From positions 58,776,001-58,840,000 of the forward strand of contig NC_043005.1 in NCBI RefSeq assembly GCF_006345805.1: a stretch of DNA of 64,000 nt. Reading direction: 5' to 3'. The translations under genes and the position numbers were made by a program. This document shows positions 1-13,103 of the stretch, piece after piece. Position 1 is the stretch's first letter, and every line of letters begins with the position of its first letter. The DNA comes from Octopus sinensis (lineage: Eukaryota). The notes under the pieces were generated by a model. The model worked only from the letters and a program-made list of their open reading frames with translations. It was not told where the DNA came from and made no database searches.

Positions 1-429
1 TTAGAACTTTCTAAACTTGTAGCCGCTTTTTCTTTCATTGTATTCACTTTCTTCACCTCCTCAATGTCTTATCTCTTTCTCTTTCTCTTTCTTTTGTCTA
101 CCTTTACAACCTCCAAATCTCACTTTTCCATCAACTGACCCCTTTGGATTCATCAGTGCTATTTTTTTTTCACTACTCTCTCATATTCCCATTTCCTCAT
201 AGCAACCCTGATACAATAGAGCTGGATTCCTCCCTACATAACATACCACATCACCTTAACACACAGTTCCTCCCTCTTTTTTTCACCAGACACTTATCCC
301 TACCCATTTTCATCTGTCACTTACACACATCCGTCTCCTATAGTGTATATTCTGCTATTATTTCCTTTACTGCACTCTCACGACTATACATCTTGTTGAT
401 CTGATCTGATAAATTTTTCTCACTTTGTT

Positions 430-905
430 TCTGTTGCAATACTACTATTCTGAAGATATACCATTTCCCTCTAAGTAATTTGTACTCAAAATGTAGGTTA
501 CCAGACCACTGCAGCTGCTGCTATTTTCATCGCCATCTGTGGATTCCTAGACATATAAAAGCCAACAGATGGGCTTGAATAGTATGCTTTCGTTTCCTGT
601 GCAGCTGTGGCTACATTTTATGTTTTTTCTATTGAAAAGCTTGTAGTATTTATTATGAGTAGGAAAGTATTTGATGATTAAGTGTTAAGAAATTTTTTCT
701 CACATTTGTCACAAAGCATAGGCTGAAGGGCAGTTTCCAAAAAAGTTGATGGTTCTTTTTCTGGCTTTGCTTCGTTTATAGCCTATTTGTATAGCATAGA
801 CTTTTCTTTGAAATGAATGTGCTTTATTAGTTTGTTAAATATTGTCTTATCAGATGATATTCTGGAAAGTCTCCAGCTTGTATTGCTGATAAGAGTTACT
901 TATTA
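430..905 (-). mobile_element. Decayed Penelope-like retroelement remnant (region between RT and GIY-YIG)
   Basis: Minus-strand translation around 595-700 gives LIIKYFPTHNKYYKLFNRKNIKCSHSCTGN, preceded by VTNVRKNF. This resembles the LIDKHFP..HKIFNRNTVKVSYSCM motif of Penelope-like elements (recalled, not searched). Frameshifts and stops are present. Confidence 0.55.
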
Positions 906-967
906 GCGAAGATGAGAGGCTGGAATATGCATCTGTATATCAGTGTATGTGCACATATATATAATAT

Positions 968-1028
<61 letters not shown>

Positions 1029-1039
1029 CAGTTATATAT

Positions 1040-1689
1040 ATATATATATATATGTATATTTATATATACATATATATATGTATATATATATATTTATATA
1101 TACATATATATATAGATGTATATATAAATATATATATAATATATATATATATTATATATATATATATACATATATATATACATGTAAGTATGTGTGTGTT
1201 AATATATACATACATATACGTATGTAAGAATAATCATTCACATACATACACAAACGCGCATGCACAGATGCATGCACATACACAATCATCCATATACGTA
1301 TATAAATATATGTTCGATATATTTCTAATTACATCAACTGATGCCAGCACATAACTAAAGAGATGTCTAGATTGACGCTGTAATTGTTGCCAGTAGCAGT
1401 GATCCATTTATCCTTCTGTAATGATGCAGTCAAAAAAAGTATAGCCATTTTCATAAGATAGTTGATATACAGTCTTTTCTGTTCAATAATTTCATTTGGC
1501 ATGTGAGCTAAGCTCTAATGTACACATATGTCCATATGAACACAAATATTCTATATGTAAATGTATACATACATACATACATACATACATACATACATAC
1601 ATACATACATACATACACACGCACACACATACATACATACATATATATATATATATGCATATGTATATGTATATATATATATATATATG

Positions 1690-1724
<35 letters not shown>

Positions 1725-2409
1725 ATATGTACATGTATACATATTTATATGTATATATATATATTTATATATACATATATATATAGATGTATATATAATA
1801 TATATATTATATATATTATATATATATATATATATATACATATATATATACATGTAAGTATGTGTGTGTTAATATATACATACATATACGTATGTAAGAA
1901 TAATCATTCACATACATACACAAACGCGCATGCACAGATGCATGCACATACACAATCATCCATATACGTATATAAATATATGTTCGATATATTTCTAATT
2001 ACATCAACTGATGCCAGCACATAAACTAAAGAGATGTCTAGATTGACGCTGTAATTGTTGCCAGTAGCAGTGATCCATTTATCCTTCTGTAATGATGCAG
2101 TCAAAAAAAGTATAGCCATTTTCATAAGATAGTTGATATACAGTCTTTTCTGTTCAATAATTTCATTTGGCATGTGAGCTAAGCTCTAATGTACACATAT
2201 GTCCATATGAACACAAATATTCTATATGTAAATGTATACATACATACATACATACATACACACGCACACACATACATACATACATATATATATATATATG
2301 CATATGTATATGTATATATATATATATGTATGTATATGTATATATACATATATGTATATTTATATATATGTACATGTATACATATTTATATGTATATATA
2401 TATGTATGT

Positions 2410-2420
<11 letters not shown>
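1040..2420. repeat. Tandem duplication, period about 670 bp, with (TA)n/(TACA)n spacers
   Basis: The unique core starting catgtaagtatgtgtgtgttaat at 1181 recurs at 1851 and runs near-identically to about 1563/2234; the one difference noticed is a 1-bp indel (ataactaaag vs ataaactaaag). Confidence 0.9.
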
Positions 2421-2489
<69 letters not shown>

Positions 2490-3132
2490 TATATATATAC
2501 ATATATATATATAAATATATATACATATATATATATATATAAATACATATATATGTATACACATACATATATAGAGACAGACAGACAGACATATAGTTTG
2601 GTAATGAAATATTGCATACGGGCATGAAGAATAAATAGAATAAACATAGGAGAGCTGTACTTTCAAAAGAATTCAGTGTTTAATAATATATAGTTGTGAA
2701 GAAATAAAACGAGGTTGTGCTTCAGTAGACTGGGAGACTGGGAGGAGGAGAGAGATGGAGATAGAGAGAGAGGGAGGTAGAGAGAAGAAAAGAGAGAGAG
2801 TCATTTATGCTAGCTGTACAGGCAAAATGGCTCAGTGTATGAGCTGCTGGTTCAAATCTACCCTGTGCATTTTATTTTATTTCACGGTTGAAATTCCACA
2901 CTGCATATTGTGGCTTCTATTTTAAAAGATCTTTTGTTTGCATAAAAGAGGTACAGGTGTGGCTGTGTGGTAATAAGTTTGCTTCCCAGTTATGTGGTTT
3001 TGGTTTCAGTCCTACTGCATGGTATCTTGGGTGAGTGTTTTTTACTGTAGTCTCAGGCTGGCCAAAGTTCAGATGGAAGCCAGAAGAAACTCATCATATA
3101 AATATATATCTATATACATAAATGTGTAATGG

Positions 3133-4260
3133 TGTCTATCTGTGCATGTGTTTGGGGTTACTCTAACTCCTCCCACTCCATCCAACCGATTTTAATGATT
3201 TTTGGCACATAGATAGATCACTTGCCCTGAAGTTCAAATAAGGCCGGAATTTTTCGAAAACTCGATAATGCTCAGTTGGCATTGATTTTTTATGAGCTCA
3301 ATCGGGCATTTGAATGGAAATTCCTATAACAATGTTATTTTCCCTTCAGCTTTTGCATTTTTTGTCTGATTTTGATGAAAACTGATGAGTGAGTGAGGCT
3401 TATGGCAGTGAGTTGATGTCAGTATATGGCATTGACAAAAAAAAGTCGATGATTGCGCCCGAGCAGTGGTTTTATAAAATCAATAGACTTTTTGCATGCA
3501 AATCCCTATAGGGATTTTATTTTCGCCTGTAACGTTTGTATTTTTTATTTGGTTTTAATGAAATTTGAGAATGAAATGTAGGTAAATTTTGTGGTAGGGA
3601 GACGGTAAAGGTATCTATTTAATTCAAAAGGGCTTGAAAAGAGCACCAATGCTAATAAGCATTTAATAAGAGACATTCTTATCGATTTTGTAGGAATTTT
3701 ACTCATGATTACAGTTCATGTCCATTAGTTGATGCTAGTATTAAGAGGTGACAAAAAATTGATAATTGCGCATGAGCGGGGGGATTTTAAGAAATCAATA
3801 GGCTTTTTGTATGCAATTACCCATAGGATTAATATTTTATGCTGTAACTTTTACAGAATTCATCCGCTTTCAATGAAATTTGACATTTAGGTAACGTTTA
3901 TGGCTGGAGTCACGTAGTAGAATTAAAATTAAACTAGTGAAAGGCAGAAATCGTCAAAATTCACTCACAATAAAATAATGAACTGATTTTGAAGAAAATT
4001 GACCCATGAGTAAAATTAAGCACTACGACATATGAAACATCGATTATTCATATAATGTACTGGGATTTAAAAGTCAATGGGATATGTTCATATAAATGGT
4101 CACATGGATTCTATTTTATGACAACCTTAACACTTTTCTTCGGATTTTGCTGAGATTGGACTCACTGATCAATTTTGTACAGAGGGTGACATTAAGGGAA
4201 GAGAAATAAACAAATATCACTCTCAATGGGTCAAGGTACACCGAAAAGTTTGACTGTAAT
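3133..4260 (+). mobile_element. Non-autonomous Helitron/Helentron-like element with internal ~330-bp repeats
   Basis: Starts with a tctatctgtg..ctaactcctcc..ccgattttaatgattttt motif of the kind common in such elements. The internal segment gattgcgcccgagc..aaatcaatagactttttgcatgcaaatccc (~3450-3570) recurs diverged at ~3765-3890. Termini are not resolved. Confidence 0.4.
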
Positions 4261-4399
4261 TTCAGACAGTCCAGTATGTAGGAGTATGTCGAGAGTGTTA
4301 ACTGGGTAACATCCCTGCTGAACCAGATATAACATCTTAAAGGGTAATAATTGGTTTGGGGAACGTAGAAGATTTCAATACAAGGTCAGATTTCAATAA

Positions 4400-4950
4400 C
4401 TCCATTTCTACCTCTTCTTTTTTATGATCATATTCTTATGGTCATTACCCAAGTTACATGACCATAGGTAAGGGCAGGCATTAATGCTGAAATCAAGATG
4501 GTGAGTTAGGTTTTTACATCCATCTCTCTTCTTTCGATGACAGGATGCTGAAAATAACACATTTTTGTACCATCTCCTATCTGTAAAGTATATGACAGTC
4601 TCTATCCAATTCTGTGAGAAATGGCGATGAGCCTGTGACCTATCCCGAGATGTCTACACAAAATTTGTGTGCCTTGAGGTCCCCCAAAAAGGTACAGGAG
4701 GGGATAAATGCTTATACTGGACTTTTACAACAAAATTATACCGAAACTTAGTACATCAGGTCATGTTTCTGACCACTGATAACACACCAAGCTCTTATTC
4801 TGATCCTGATAATTATTTCTTTAAAAAGTGCTGTACTTGATATAAATATTCTATTTCTATGAAAACTCGTGACGCCCACTGCATTCTTAACATCCAGCAC
4901 TATCCATAGCACCTCCTTCACATTTTTTACTCCTTTGTCAGTTTGCAGTT
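4400..4950 (+). mobile_element. Possible highly decayed Ty3/gypsy RT-RNaseH remnant
   Basis: Fragmentary translations FYDHILM, LHDHR and LDFYNKIIPKLST resemble gypsy YLDDIL, EHD.RL and LN(F/Y)YNKFIPNLST motifs in the expected order; many stops. Confidence 0.3.
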
Positions 4951-5139
4951 ACACTTCAAGGGGCTACTACTACCTAAGTTTCAAAGCCACTGGTTTAGAT
5001 GAATGATATATTCAATGATGTGTGCTTGTGTTTCTTTCTTCTGATTATTTAATGTACTTTTAATGCATCAGATGCAGCAGGGGCTGTCTTTATACACATG
5101 CCTTACATGCATTATATATTGGTTGCTACTTATGGCATG

Positions 5140-5312
5140 AGACCAGCAATCTTACATTGAACCCTATGTTCTACTGGTTCCTATTTTATCGACCCCCAAG
5201 AGAATGAAAGGCAAAGCCAACCTCATTGACATTTGATCTCAGAATGTAAGGACAGATGAAATGCTGCTAAGCATTTTGTCCGGCATATGAACAATTCTTC
5301 CAGCTTGCCACT
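5140..5312 (-). mobile_element. tRNA-derived SINE (family A), decayed
   Basis: Reverse complement matches the SINE body seen at 7836 (aatgaaaggcaaagcc..atctcagaatgtaag..ctaagcattttgtccggcat). Confidence 0.75.
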
Positions 5313-5504
5313 TATGCACATACTGTATATTAATATCTGTAGCTTCATCTATATCCTTTTATTGCAGAAATTGTTTCTCTGAATACTTTCTGGCTAGTTT
5401 TTTTGGCTGAGAGAGCAAATTTTTTCCTAACTCAATCTTTAATAGTATTGTCTGGAAAAGTTTGCATTTAATTTTTGTTATCAGATTTACACAGGAAACA
5501 AAAG

Positions 5505-7490
5505 GAAGTCTATGGACAGTGGGGGGAAAATGAAGGAGACAGAAGAGGAGGACAAAAGAGTAAGAAGGTGAAGATGATGATGAAAAAGATTAAGAAAATG
5601 AAGTTGAAATGAAGTGTGAGAAAATGAGGATGATCATGATGCAAAACCATAATAAGAAGAGGAGGAAGAAGAAAAAGAAGGAGGAGGGAGAGGAGGAGGA
5701 GAAACAAGAGGAGGACAAGGAGGGGGTGATAATAACGATGTTGCCTACACTGCTGTTGATGATGGCAACACTGCTGCCACCGCTGACTACACCACCACCA
5801 CTACCACCACCAACTATGCCACCACTGCCAATGATGATGTTGCTACCAAAGCTGAGGCTGAAGTAGAAGAACAAGAAAAAGATTTAGAACATGGAAGTTG
5901 AAAAAGGTAAGAAAGGGATGAAGGAACAGAAGGATATTAAGAGAAAGCAGGATCAGACCCTTCCCTCTCTATGCATAGCTCTAAATTTCTGTCAATTGAA
6001 GTTTGAGAGTGAGTTCTCTTTCTTGCCTCTTATGAGAATAATTTTCATTAGCGCTCTGACATTTCTTCGCACCCACACATTATTTTCAGTGAATTAAAAT
6101 TTATCTTAGAGTTTAGGATTTCAAGTGTGGGAGTCTGCACTTAGCTACATTTTCTACATGTAGAAGGCAACCCTAGAGGAATGCTGCAAAGTTGAGGCAG
6201 AATGAGTGTAAGAAGGGTAGGAGAGGAAGGAGCAAGAAGGAAAAGAAGATGAAAGTTAAAAATGAAAAATGTGGTTAATGATAGAGAAACAACCGTAGAA
6301 GCGACAGCAGCTGCAAAACAACAATATCAGTGTAGCAGAAGCAACAAAAGGAAAAAAAAAAAAAAAGGAAAAAAAAAGAAAAAAAAAAAGATTCAAAGAT
6401 CAAAAGCCACAAACATTATTATTATAGATTTGAAATGTTCCACAAAGGAAGAAAAACGAACAAACAAACAAGGAAACGAAATAAACGAATAAACAAATAG
6501 TGAATTGACATTTCTGAAATGTCACTGGAAATAGAGAAAGCAATTAAGGTGGTAAGTTTAATTAAACAAGAGGTTTATAGTTAATGAATGAATAACAAGG
6601 ACAAAACGAAACGATAAAAACATGGAAAAAAAAAAGAAAAGAAAAGGAAAGGAAAGAGAAACCCAACAACAGAAACAAGACGATAAAGCCACACATTTCA
6701 AATTAAAGGAAGACAGAATGAAAGAAACTAAGGCAGTAAGTCAGGAAATAAGAAATGGTGTTGGTGGTGGTGGTGGTGGTGGTTGTGGTGGTGGTAGCGG
6801 TGGGTGCAGGAATGGTACGGAAGGATACAAGGGAGGTAAATCACTTGCAATCTAGAAAGACGACGAAACAAAAGGAAACAAAAAACATCTCGCATTGGTA
6901 ACAAAGCAGGGAAGTTTTAAGTGCCGTTTCTGTGTTGGTTTTGTTTTTTGTTTTTTGTTTTTTAATAAATTTCCACTATATTTAATTGTTTGTGTGATGA
7001 ATTAAGTGTAAAGTTTCTAACAGACACTTCTGAACTGCTGTTCTTTGGTTGTTGTTATTGTTTCTTCTTCTTCTTCTTCTTCTTCTTCTTCTTCTATCTT
7101 CTTCTTCTTCTTCGTCTATCTTCTTCTTATTCATCTTCTTCTCCTTCATCTCCCCCTCCTCTTCGTCTATCTTCTTATTCCCTCCTCCTCTTCTTCTTCT
7201 TCTTTTTCTTCTTTTTCTTCTTTTTCTTCTCCTTCTTCTTCTTCGTCTTCTTCTCCTCCCCTCCTCCTCTTCGTTTATCTTCTTCTTCATCTTCTTCTTC
7301 GTCTTCTTCTCCTCCCCTCCTCCTCCTCCTCTTCTTCTTCTTCTTCTTTTCTTCTTCTTCTTCGTCTTCTTCTCCTCCCCTCCTCCTCTTCGTTTATCTT
7401 CTTCTTCATATCTTCCTCTTCCTCCACCTCCTTCTCCCCTCCTCCTCCTCCTCTTCTTCTTCTTCTTCTCCTCCTCCTCCTGTGCTTGTG
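5505..7490. repeat. Low-complexity purine/pyrimidine trinucleotide block: (GAA/GAG)n, (CCA)n, poly-A, (GGT)n, then (TTC/CTC)n
   Basis: Directly visible; source of the poly-R/S/F/L ORFs in the track. Confidence 0.9.
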
Positions 7491-7680
7491 ATTCTTACAT
7501 GTTTTCTTTTCCCTCATCCTTGTTTATTCTCTTGTTTTTTTCTTTTCTTTTTCTCTTACCTCCAGAGGTTGATGAAATCTTCATTGCCACTAATATGTCA
7601 CATGTATGCATGTGTGTATGTATGCTGTTGTATTATGTGCATATATGTGTGTGTGTGCATACATGTGTGTGTATTTGTAT

Positions 7681-7711
<31 letters not shown>

Positions 7712-7835
7712 GATAGTTTTATCCTCCTTCTCCTCATCATACACATCTTTGTCATTGCTACCATTAATCCACTTCATCACTATTATTGGCATCATTAAGG
7801 TGGTAAGATCACAGAATCACTGTCATCTTACCACA

Positions 7836-8474
7836 GGCGGTGAGCTGGCAGAAACGTTATCACGCCGGGCGAAATGCTTAGCGGTATTTCGTCTGCTGTT
7901 ACATTCTGAGTTCAAATTCTGCCGAGATCAACTTTGCCTTTCATCCTTTCGGGGTTGATTAAATAAGTACCAGTTATGCACTGGAGTCGATATAATTGAT
8001 TTCATCCATTTGTCTATCTGTGATTGTCCCCTCTGTGTGTAGCCCCTTGTGGGCAGTAAAGAAATAAGAAACATCAGCATGCTTAGCAGCATTTTGTCTG
8101 CTGTTACGTTCTGAGTTGAAATTCCGCTGAGGTCGACTTTGCCTTTCATCCTTTCGGGGTCGATAAATTAAGTACCAGTTATGCACTGGGGTCGATGTAA
8201 TCGACTTAATCCATTTGTCTGTCCTTGTTTGTCCCTTCTGTGTTTAGTCCCCATGTGGGCAGTAAAGAAATAAGATGACAGAATCACTAGCATGCCGGGT
8301 GAAATGCTTTGCAGTACTTCATCCATCTTCAGTTTCTGAGTTCAAATTCTGCTGAGGTCAACTTTGCCTTTCATCCTTTTGGGGTCGACAAAGTAAGTAC
8401 CAGTTGAATACTGGGGTCGATGTAACTGATTATTTCCCTTCTCCAAATTTCAGGCCTTGTGTCTATAGTAGAAG
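7836..8474 (+). mobile_element. Three tandem family-A tRNA-derived SINE copies
   Basis: Head ggcggtgagctggcagaaacgtt, B-box-like gagttcaaattc and body gtcgactttgcctttcatcctttcggggtcgat recur three times (~7836-8068, 8070-8273, 8275-8474). Confidence 0.9.
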
Positions 8475-8670
8475 GCCTGAAATTTTGGTGGAGGGGTTTA
8501 GTAGATTAGATTGACTCCAGTATGCAACTGATACTTAATTTATTGACCCCTAAAGTACGAAAGGCAAAGTCAACCTCGGAGGAATTTGAACTCAGAACGT
8601 AAAGACAGATAGATGAAATACTGTTAAGCATTTCGCCCGGCATGCTAACGTTTCTGCCAGCTTGCCACCT
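8474..8670 (-). mobile_element. Family-A SINE, inverted, tail-to-tail with the previous copy
   Basis: ggcctgaaattt...aaggcaaagtcaacctcgg..tttgaactcagaacg..gtttctgccagcttgccacc is the reverse complement of the family-A sequence. Confidence 0.9.
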
Positions 8671-8720
8671 TACATAGCAGAAAGGATTATTATCAGAATC
8701 ATTGTCATTGTTGTCATCAC

Positions 8721-8765
<45 letters not shown>

Positions 8766-9157
8766 GTTCATCACTGTCATGATAATCATCATGATCATCA
8801 TTAAATCATTGCCACTATCATCATCATCATTATCATCATCACCACCACCATATACTCAGAAGAGCAAACAAAACTTGCAACGTTTAGACATTATTCTACC
8901 CTAAAACACACTGCTGATTATTTTTGCTATTTAACCCCTTGTCAATTCCATTTAAGCAGTTCTATGATTGAAGGTTTTCCAGCCAAGACTAGGATTCGAT
9001 TCCCTATAGCAGTTTCTTGGCCACATTTTTCCGTCTTCTATGGGTATTTTACCTGATCTTTTAAGCTGTCTTCACAGATATACTATGCTTGAGATTTACT
9101 TCATTATCTGTAAAATACCATCTCACTCAGCTCTTCTAAGTTTGTTTATAGAAAATG

Positions 9158-9206
<49 letters not shown>

Positions 9207-9207
9207 C

Positions 9208-9241
<34 letters not shown>

Positions 9242-10315
9242 CAATCAAAACCGTTTGATTCAAATTCAAAATGGTTGATTACTAGTATTGTGCTTGAAAC
9301 TCATGAGTACCAATGAATTTGAATTAAACAGTTTTGATCCATGCATAAATTGGCTGAGTGCCTGTCTTTCATTTGTCCACTCGTTTATATATATATATAT
9401 ATGTACTTTTGGCATTGTGTATCTAGGATATATTACCTTCTTTCTAAATATGGTAGTATATGATTTGAAGTCAATTCAGCTGCTGTTTCTGTCATGTCAA
9501 ATAACCTCTTAGAAGCAACTGCATTGATTCATAGACACACTATTTATTGCTTAGCCCAAAGTTAGTCATCATGAAAGACACTTATGATGGAAAACATTTT
9601 ATTCATGACTGCCTCATAGCCTTAGGACAATCAAAACCTTGTGAATGAATTTCATGTCACATATGTGTGTGTGTGTGTGTGTGTACATGCCCATCTATCT
9701 TTGTCCCTTTTGCTGGTTTGTTTATGTCTTTGTAACCCAGTAGCTTGGCATAAGCGACCCTCAAAATAAGTACTGGTGTTGATTTGTATTACTCAAATTC
9801 TTTAAGGTGGGGTTCCCACATGACCATAGAAACTACTATATTATAAGGCCACGCGTATTTATCAGGCCTATAATGCTGCTAAGATTGCTCTGGTCCTTGA
9901 GCACATCTGATGGTGACATGTCTGCTGCAGGGATTCTGATTTGGTCTCTTGTTTGTGAGTAACATTTTCCCCCCTCTCTTCCAAATTTCCAAATGCTCTG
10001 AAAAATAATTTGAAAAGCATGGGAACTGCTTTTCCTTCTCTACCTAAGCCACAAAAAAGAACTCAATAAATTCAAGGAGATTTTTGTTAGTCTTTAGTCG
10101 TAAAATTCTGTTCAGCAAAACTTCAGGAAAGCTGGATAATGTTGGTGTCCAGGGCCGACCAACTGCTAAATATAACAATGACAACAACAAAAATCACAAA
10201 AACTCAATAAAAACAAGTGAATGAAAAACAAGTCTTTTTTTTTTCAATGAATTCCTCTTGCAAAGATTCCATTATCTGTCCATCTCATAATCTCTTGTTT
10301 TAATTTATGTTTCAG

Positions 10316-10370
10316 GAAATAGCAATAACGAATCATAGCCTTGGAAAAGTTGTTACACAATGGACAAACG
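10316..10370 (+). CDS. Candidate 55-nt internal exon of an unidentified gene (EIAITNHSLGKVVTQWTN)
   Basis: Pyrimidine-rich acceptor tctcttgttttaatttatgtttcag, donor G|gtaaga, one open frame, unique flanking sequence. Protein not recognised. Confidence 0.35.
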
Positions 10371-10862
10371 GTAAGAAAAAATTGTGTTGATATATCTCTA
10401 TTTTATGTCATAATGTTTTTGTATGATGGATTTTGATTACAAGTATATAATAGGCAAATTGGTAGTAGTAAGAATGACCAAGAGTTATCCGAGCAATTTG
10501 GGTGAAACAAATATCACATGGGAGTTTGTTTGAAAGTACTGGTTCATTAATTCATATCACTGATATTTATTTCTTTTGTTAAACTTTTGTAGATGTACAG
10601 TGCTAGGAAATCCTACACATATGTGCATGCATCCCCCCCCACACACATTTCAATTAAATGATGATGCTGATATATATATATGTGCATGCTTGTGTGTGCT
10701 TATGTGTGTGTGATGATGACGGGATGATGATACTGACAATGACAACAATGGTGACAATGGTTTAATGCCGATGATGATGATGATGATGATGACAATGATT
10801 CTGTTAATAATGACAAAACATACCGCTTCCCAAGTTCTTAGTTTTGGGGAAGTCCCTAAAGA

Positions 10863-11440
10863 CATCATCATCATCGTTTAACGTCTGCTTTCCATGCTAG
10901 CATGGGTTAGACGATTTGACTGAGTTCTGGCAAACCAGATGGCTGCACCAGGTTCCAATCTGATCTGGCAGAGTTTCTACAGCTGGGTGCCTTTCCTAAC
11001 GCCAACCACTCCGAGAGTTTCGTGGGTGCTTTTATGTACCACCAGCACAAGGGCTAGTCAGGTGGTACAGGCAATGGCCATGCTCAAATGGTGCTTTTTA
11101 TGAGCCACCTGCACAGGAGCCAGTCCAGCAGCACTGGCAACGACCTCGCTCGAATGTTTTTTTTTACGTGCCACCAGCACAAGTGTCAGTAAGGCGATGC
11201 AGGTAACAATCACACTCGAATGGTGCTTTTTATGTGCCACCGGCACAGAAGCCAGATTGTTGCTCTGGCAATGATCATGTTTGGATGGTGCTCTTAGCGC
11301 TTATTGAATTTGATTTCGATTTCACTTGCCTCAACAGGTCTTAGCAAGTAGAGTTTAGTGTCCAATGAAGGAAAGGTACGCATAAGGAGGCTGGTTTCAC
11401 CCCTGGCATAGGCCACAAGGTTATGGTCTCACTTGGCTTG
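10863..11440 (-). mobile_element. RTE-LINE 3'-tail-related repeat (SINE or short LINE end) with (GAT)n tail
   Basis: Reverse complement shares ggcgttaggaaaggcacccagctgtagaaac..catggaaagcagacgttaaacgatgatgat with the RTE 3' end at 12670-12755. Confidence 0.75.
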
Positions 11441-11789
11441 CAGAAATATAAAAGTATCTTCTACTGAAACATTAAAAAAAAACATTGTACAAACAAACTA
11501 CTAAGGACGCGATGATACTAAACCAGCCAGCCATGCCAGGATACACTCAGCAAAGCTCATCTGATGCAAACTCAATCATGGACCAACTTCCAACAATAAA
11601 GTGATAAACAACCTGAAAGAAAATAAATGCAAAAAAAAAAAAAAATCTAAATAGTGAATTGAAAGTTTGGTAATTGCATTTATTTCCAACATGTGACACT
11701 TATGAGATCAACATGTTATCTATAGAAAGAGTGCTCTTTAATACAAGTAAATGCCAATGAAATCATTTCAAACCTTTCCAATTTCCCTT

Positions 11790-12751
11790 ATCAAAACAAG
11801 TAGAACTTGTGCAACAATCTGACGTACAAGTCAGATGCCAGGGGGAGAAACCAGAAGTAGTTGATAGTTTCTGCTACCTAGACGATCAAGTCTGTAGTGG
11901 GGGTAGCTGCTCTGAGAGTGTAGTGACTAGAGTAAGAATAGCTTGAGCCAAGTTCAAGGAACTCCTACCTCTGCTGGCAACTAAGGGCCTCTCACTCAGG
12001 GTGAAAGACTGTATGGTGCATGTGTGTGAACTGCCATGCTACATGGCAGTGAAACATGGGCCATGAATGCTGAGGACATGTATAAGCTTGAAAAAAATGA
12101 AGCTAGTATGCTTCACTGGATGTGTAATGTCAGTGTGCATACATGACAGAGTGTAAGTGTCTTGAGAGAAAAGTTGGGCATAAGAGGCATCAAATGTGGT
12201 GTGCAAGAGAGGCATCTGCGCTGGTACAGTCATGTGTTATGTATGAATGAAGACAGCAGTGTGAGGAAGTACCACTCCCTAACTGTAGAAGGAACCTGTG
12301 GAAGAGGTAGACTCAGGAAGACATGGGATGAGGTGGTGAAGCATGACCTTCAAATGTTGGGCCTCACAGAGGCAATGACGGGAGACCGGGATTTTTAGAG
12401 ATATGCTGTCATTGAGAAGACCTGGCAACTAAAGTCAGATTGTAGCCACACGTCCAGTCCTGTTAAGAATACTCCTGATGTATTGGGCGATGTGATATGC
12501 TTGAGAAGACCTATTGAGTGAAATAAAACCAATATCATAGCTGTGGCCAGTGCCCCCTGACTTGCTCCCATGCTGGTGGCATGTAAAATGCACTATCTGA
12601 ACGTGGTTGATGTCAGGCCTGCCTGACTGGCTCCTGTGCTGGTGGCACATAAAAAGCATCCACTACACTCTTGGAGTGTTTGGCGTTAAGAGGGGCATCC
12701 AACTGTAGAAACATTGCCAGCATGGAAAACAGATGTTAAACGATGATGATG

Positions 12752-12755
<4 letters not shown>
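11790..12755 (+). mobile_element. 5'-truncated RTE-clade LINE (RT C-terminus plus 3' UTR plus (GAT)n tail)
   Basis: Translation gives VVDSFCYL, AMLHGSETWAM and LRWYSHVLCMNEDS..VEGTCGRGRLRKTWDEVVKHDL, typical of the RTE ORF C-terminus. The element ends in gatgatgatgat. Confidence 0.9.
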
Positions 12756-12802
<47 letters not shown>

Positions 12803-13070
12803 AGAAAATGGATATAATAACATTGGGAAGCTCGTGGCTTTTGCCGGTATGTCTTTACTTAATTAGATAACAAAGAAGGAAGAAGCAGAGATGAAGGTAA
12901 TAACCAGGAGCGACTCTGGAGTTAATTATTCCTTAGAGGTATTAAACCCTCTAACTGATACCTACACTTGAAATCGGCTTTTACATTCCGAAATCTACTT
13001 GGTGTAATTGATAATTATTCCAAATTAATTAATTTCACCCTTTATTGTTACTGATAACCATATATATATT

Positions 13071-13103
<33 letters not shown>

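Noticed and set aside
912-2666. Many Y/I/H/T/C/V/M-rich ORFs (also 13614-14822, 22622-23184, 33181-33636, 38347-38962, 50615-51090, 55607-56057)
   Set aside because: They are translations of (TA)n, (TACA)n, (TG)n and (TATC)n microsatellites, which lack stops in several frames.
6982-7958. Long poly-R/E/S/F/L ORFs up to 322 aa
   Set aside because: They arise from (TTC/CTC)n low-complexity sequence and overlap a SINE; no domain signal.
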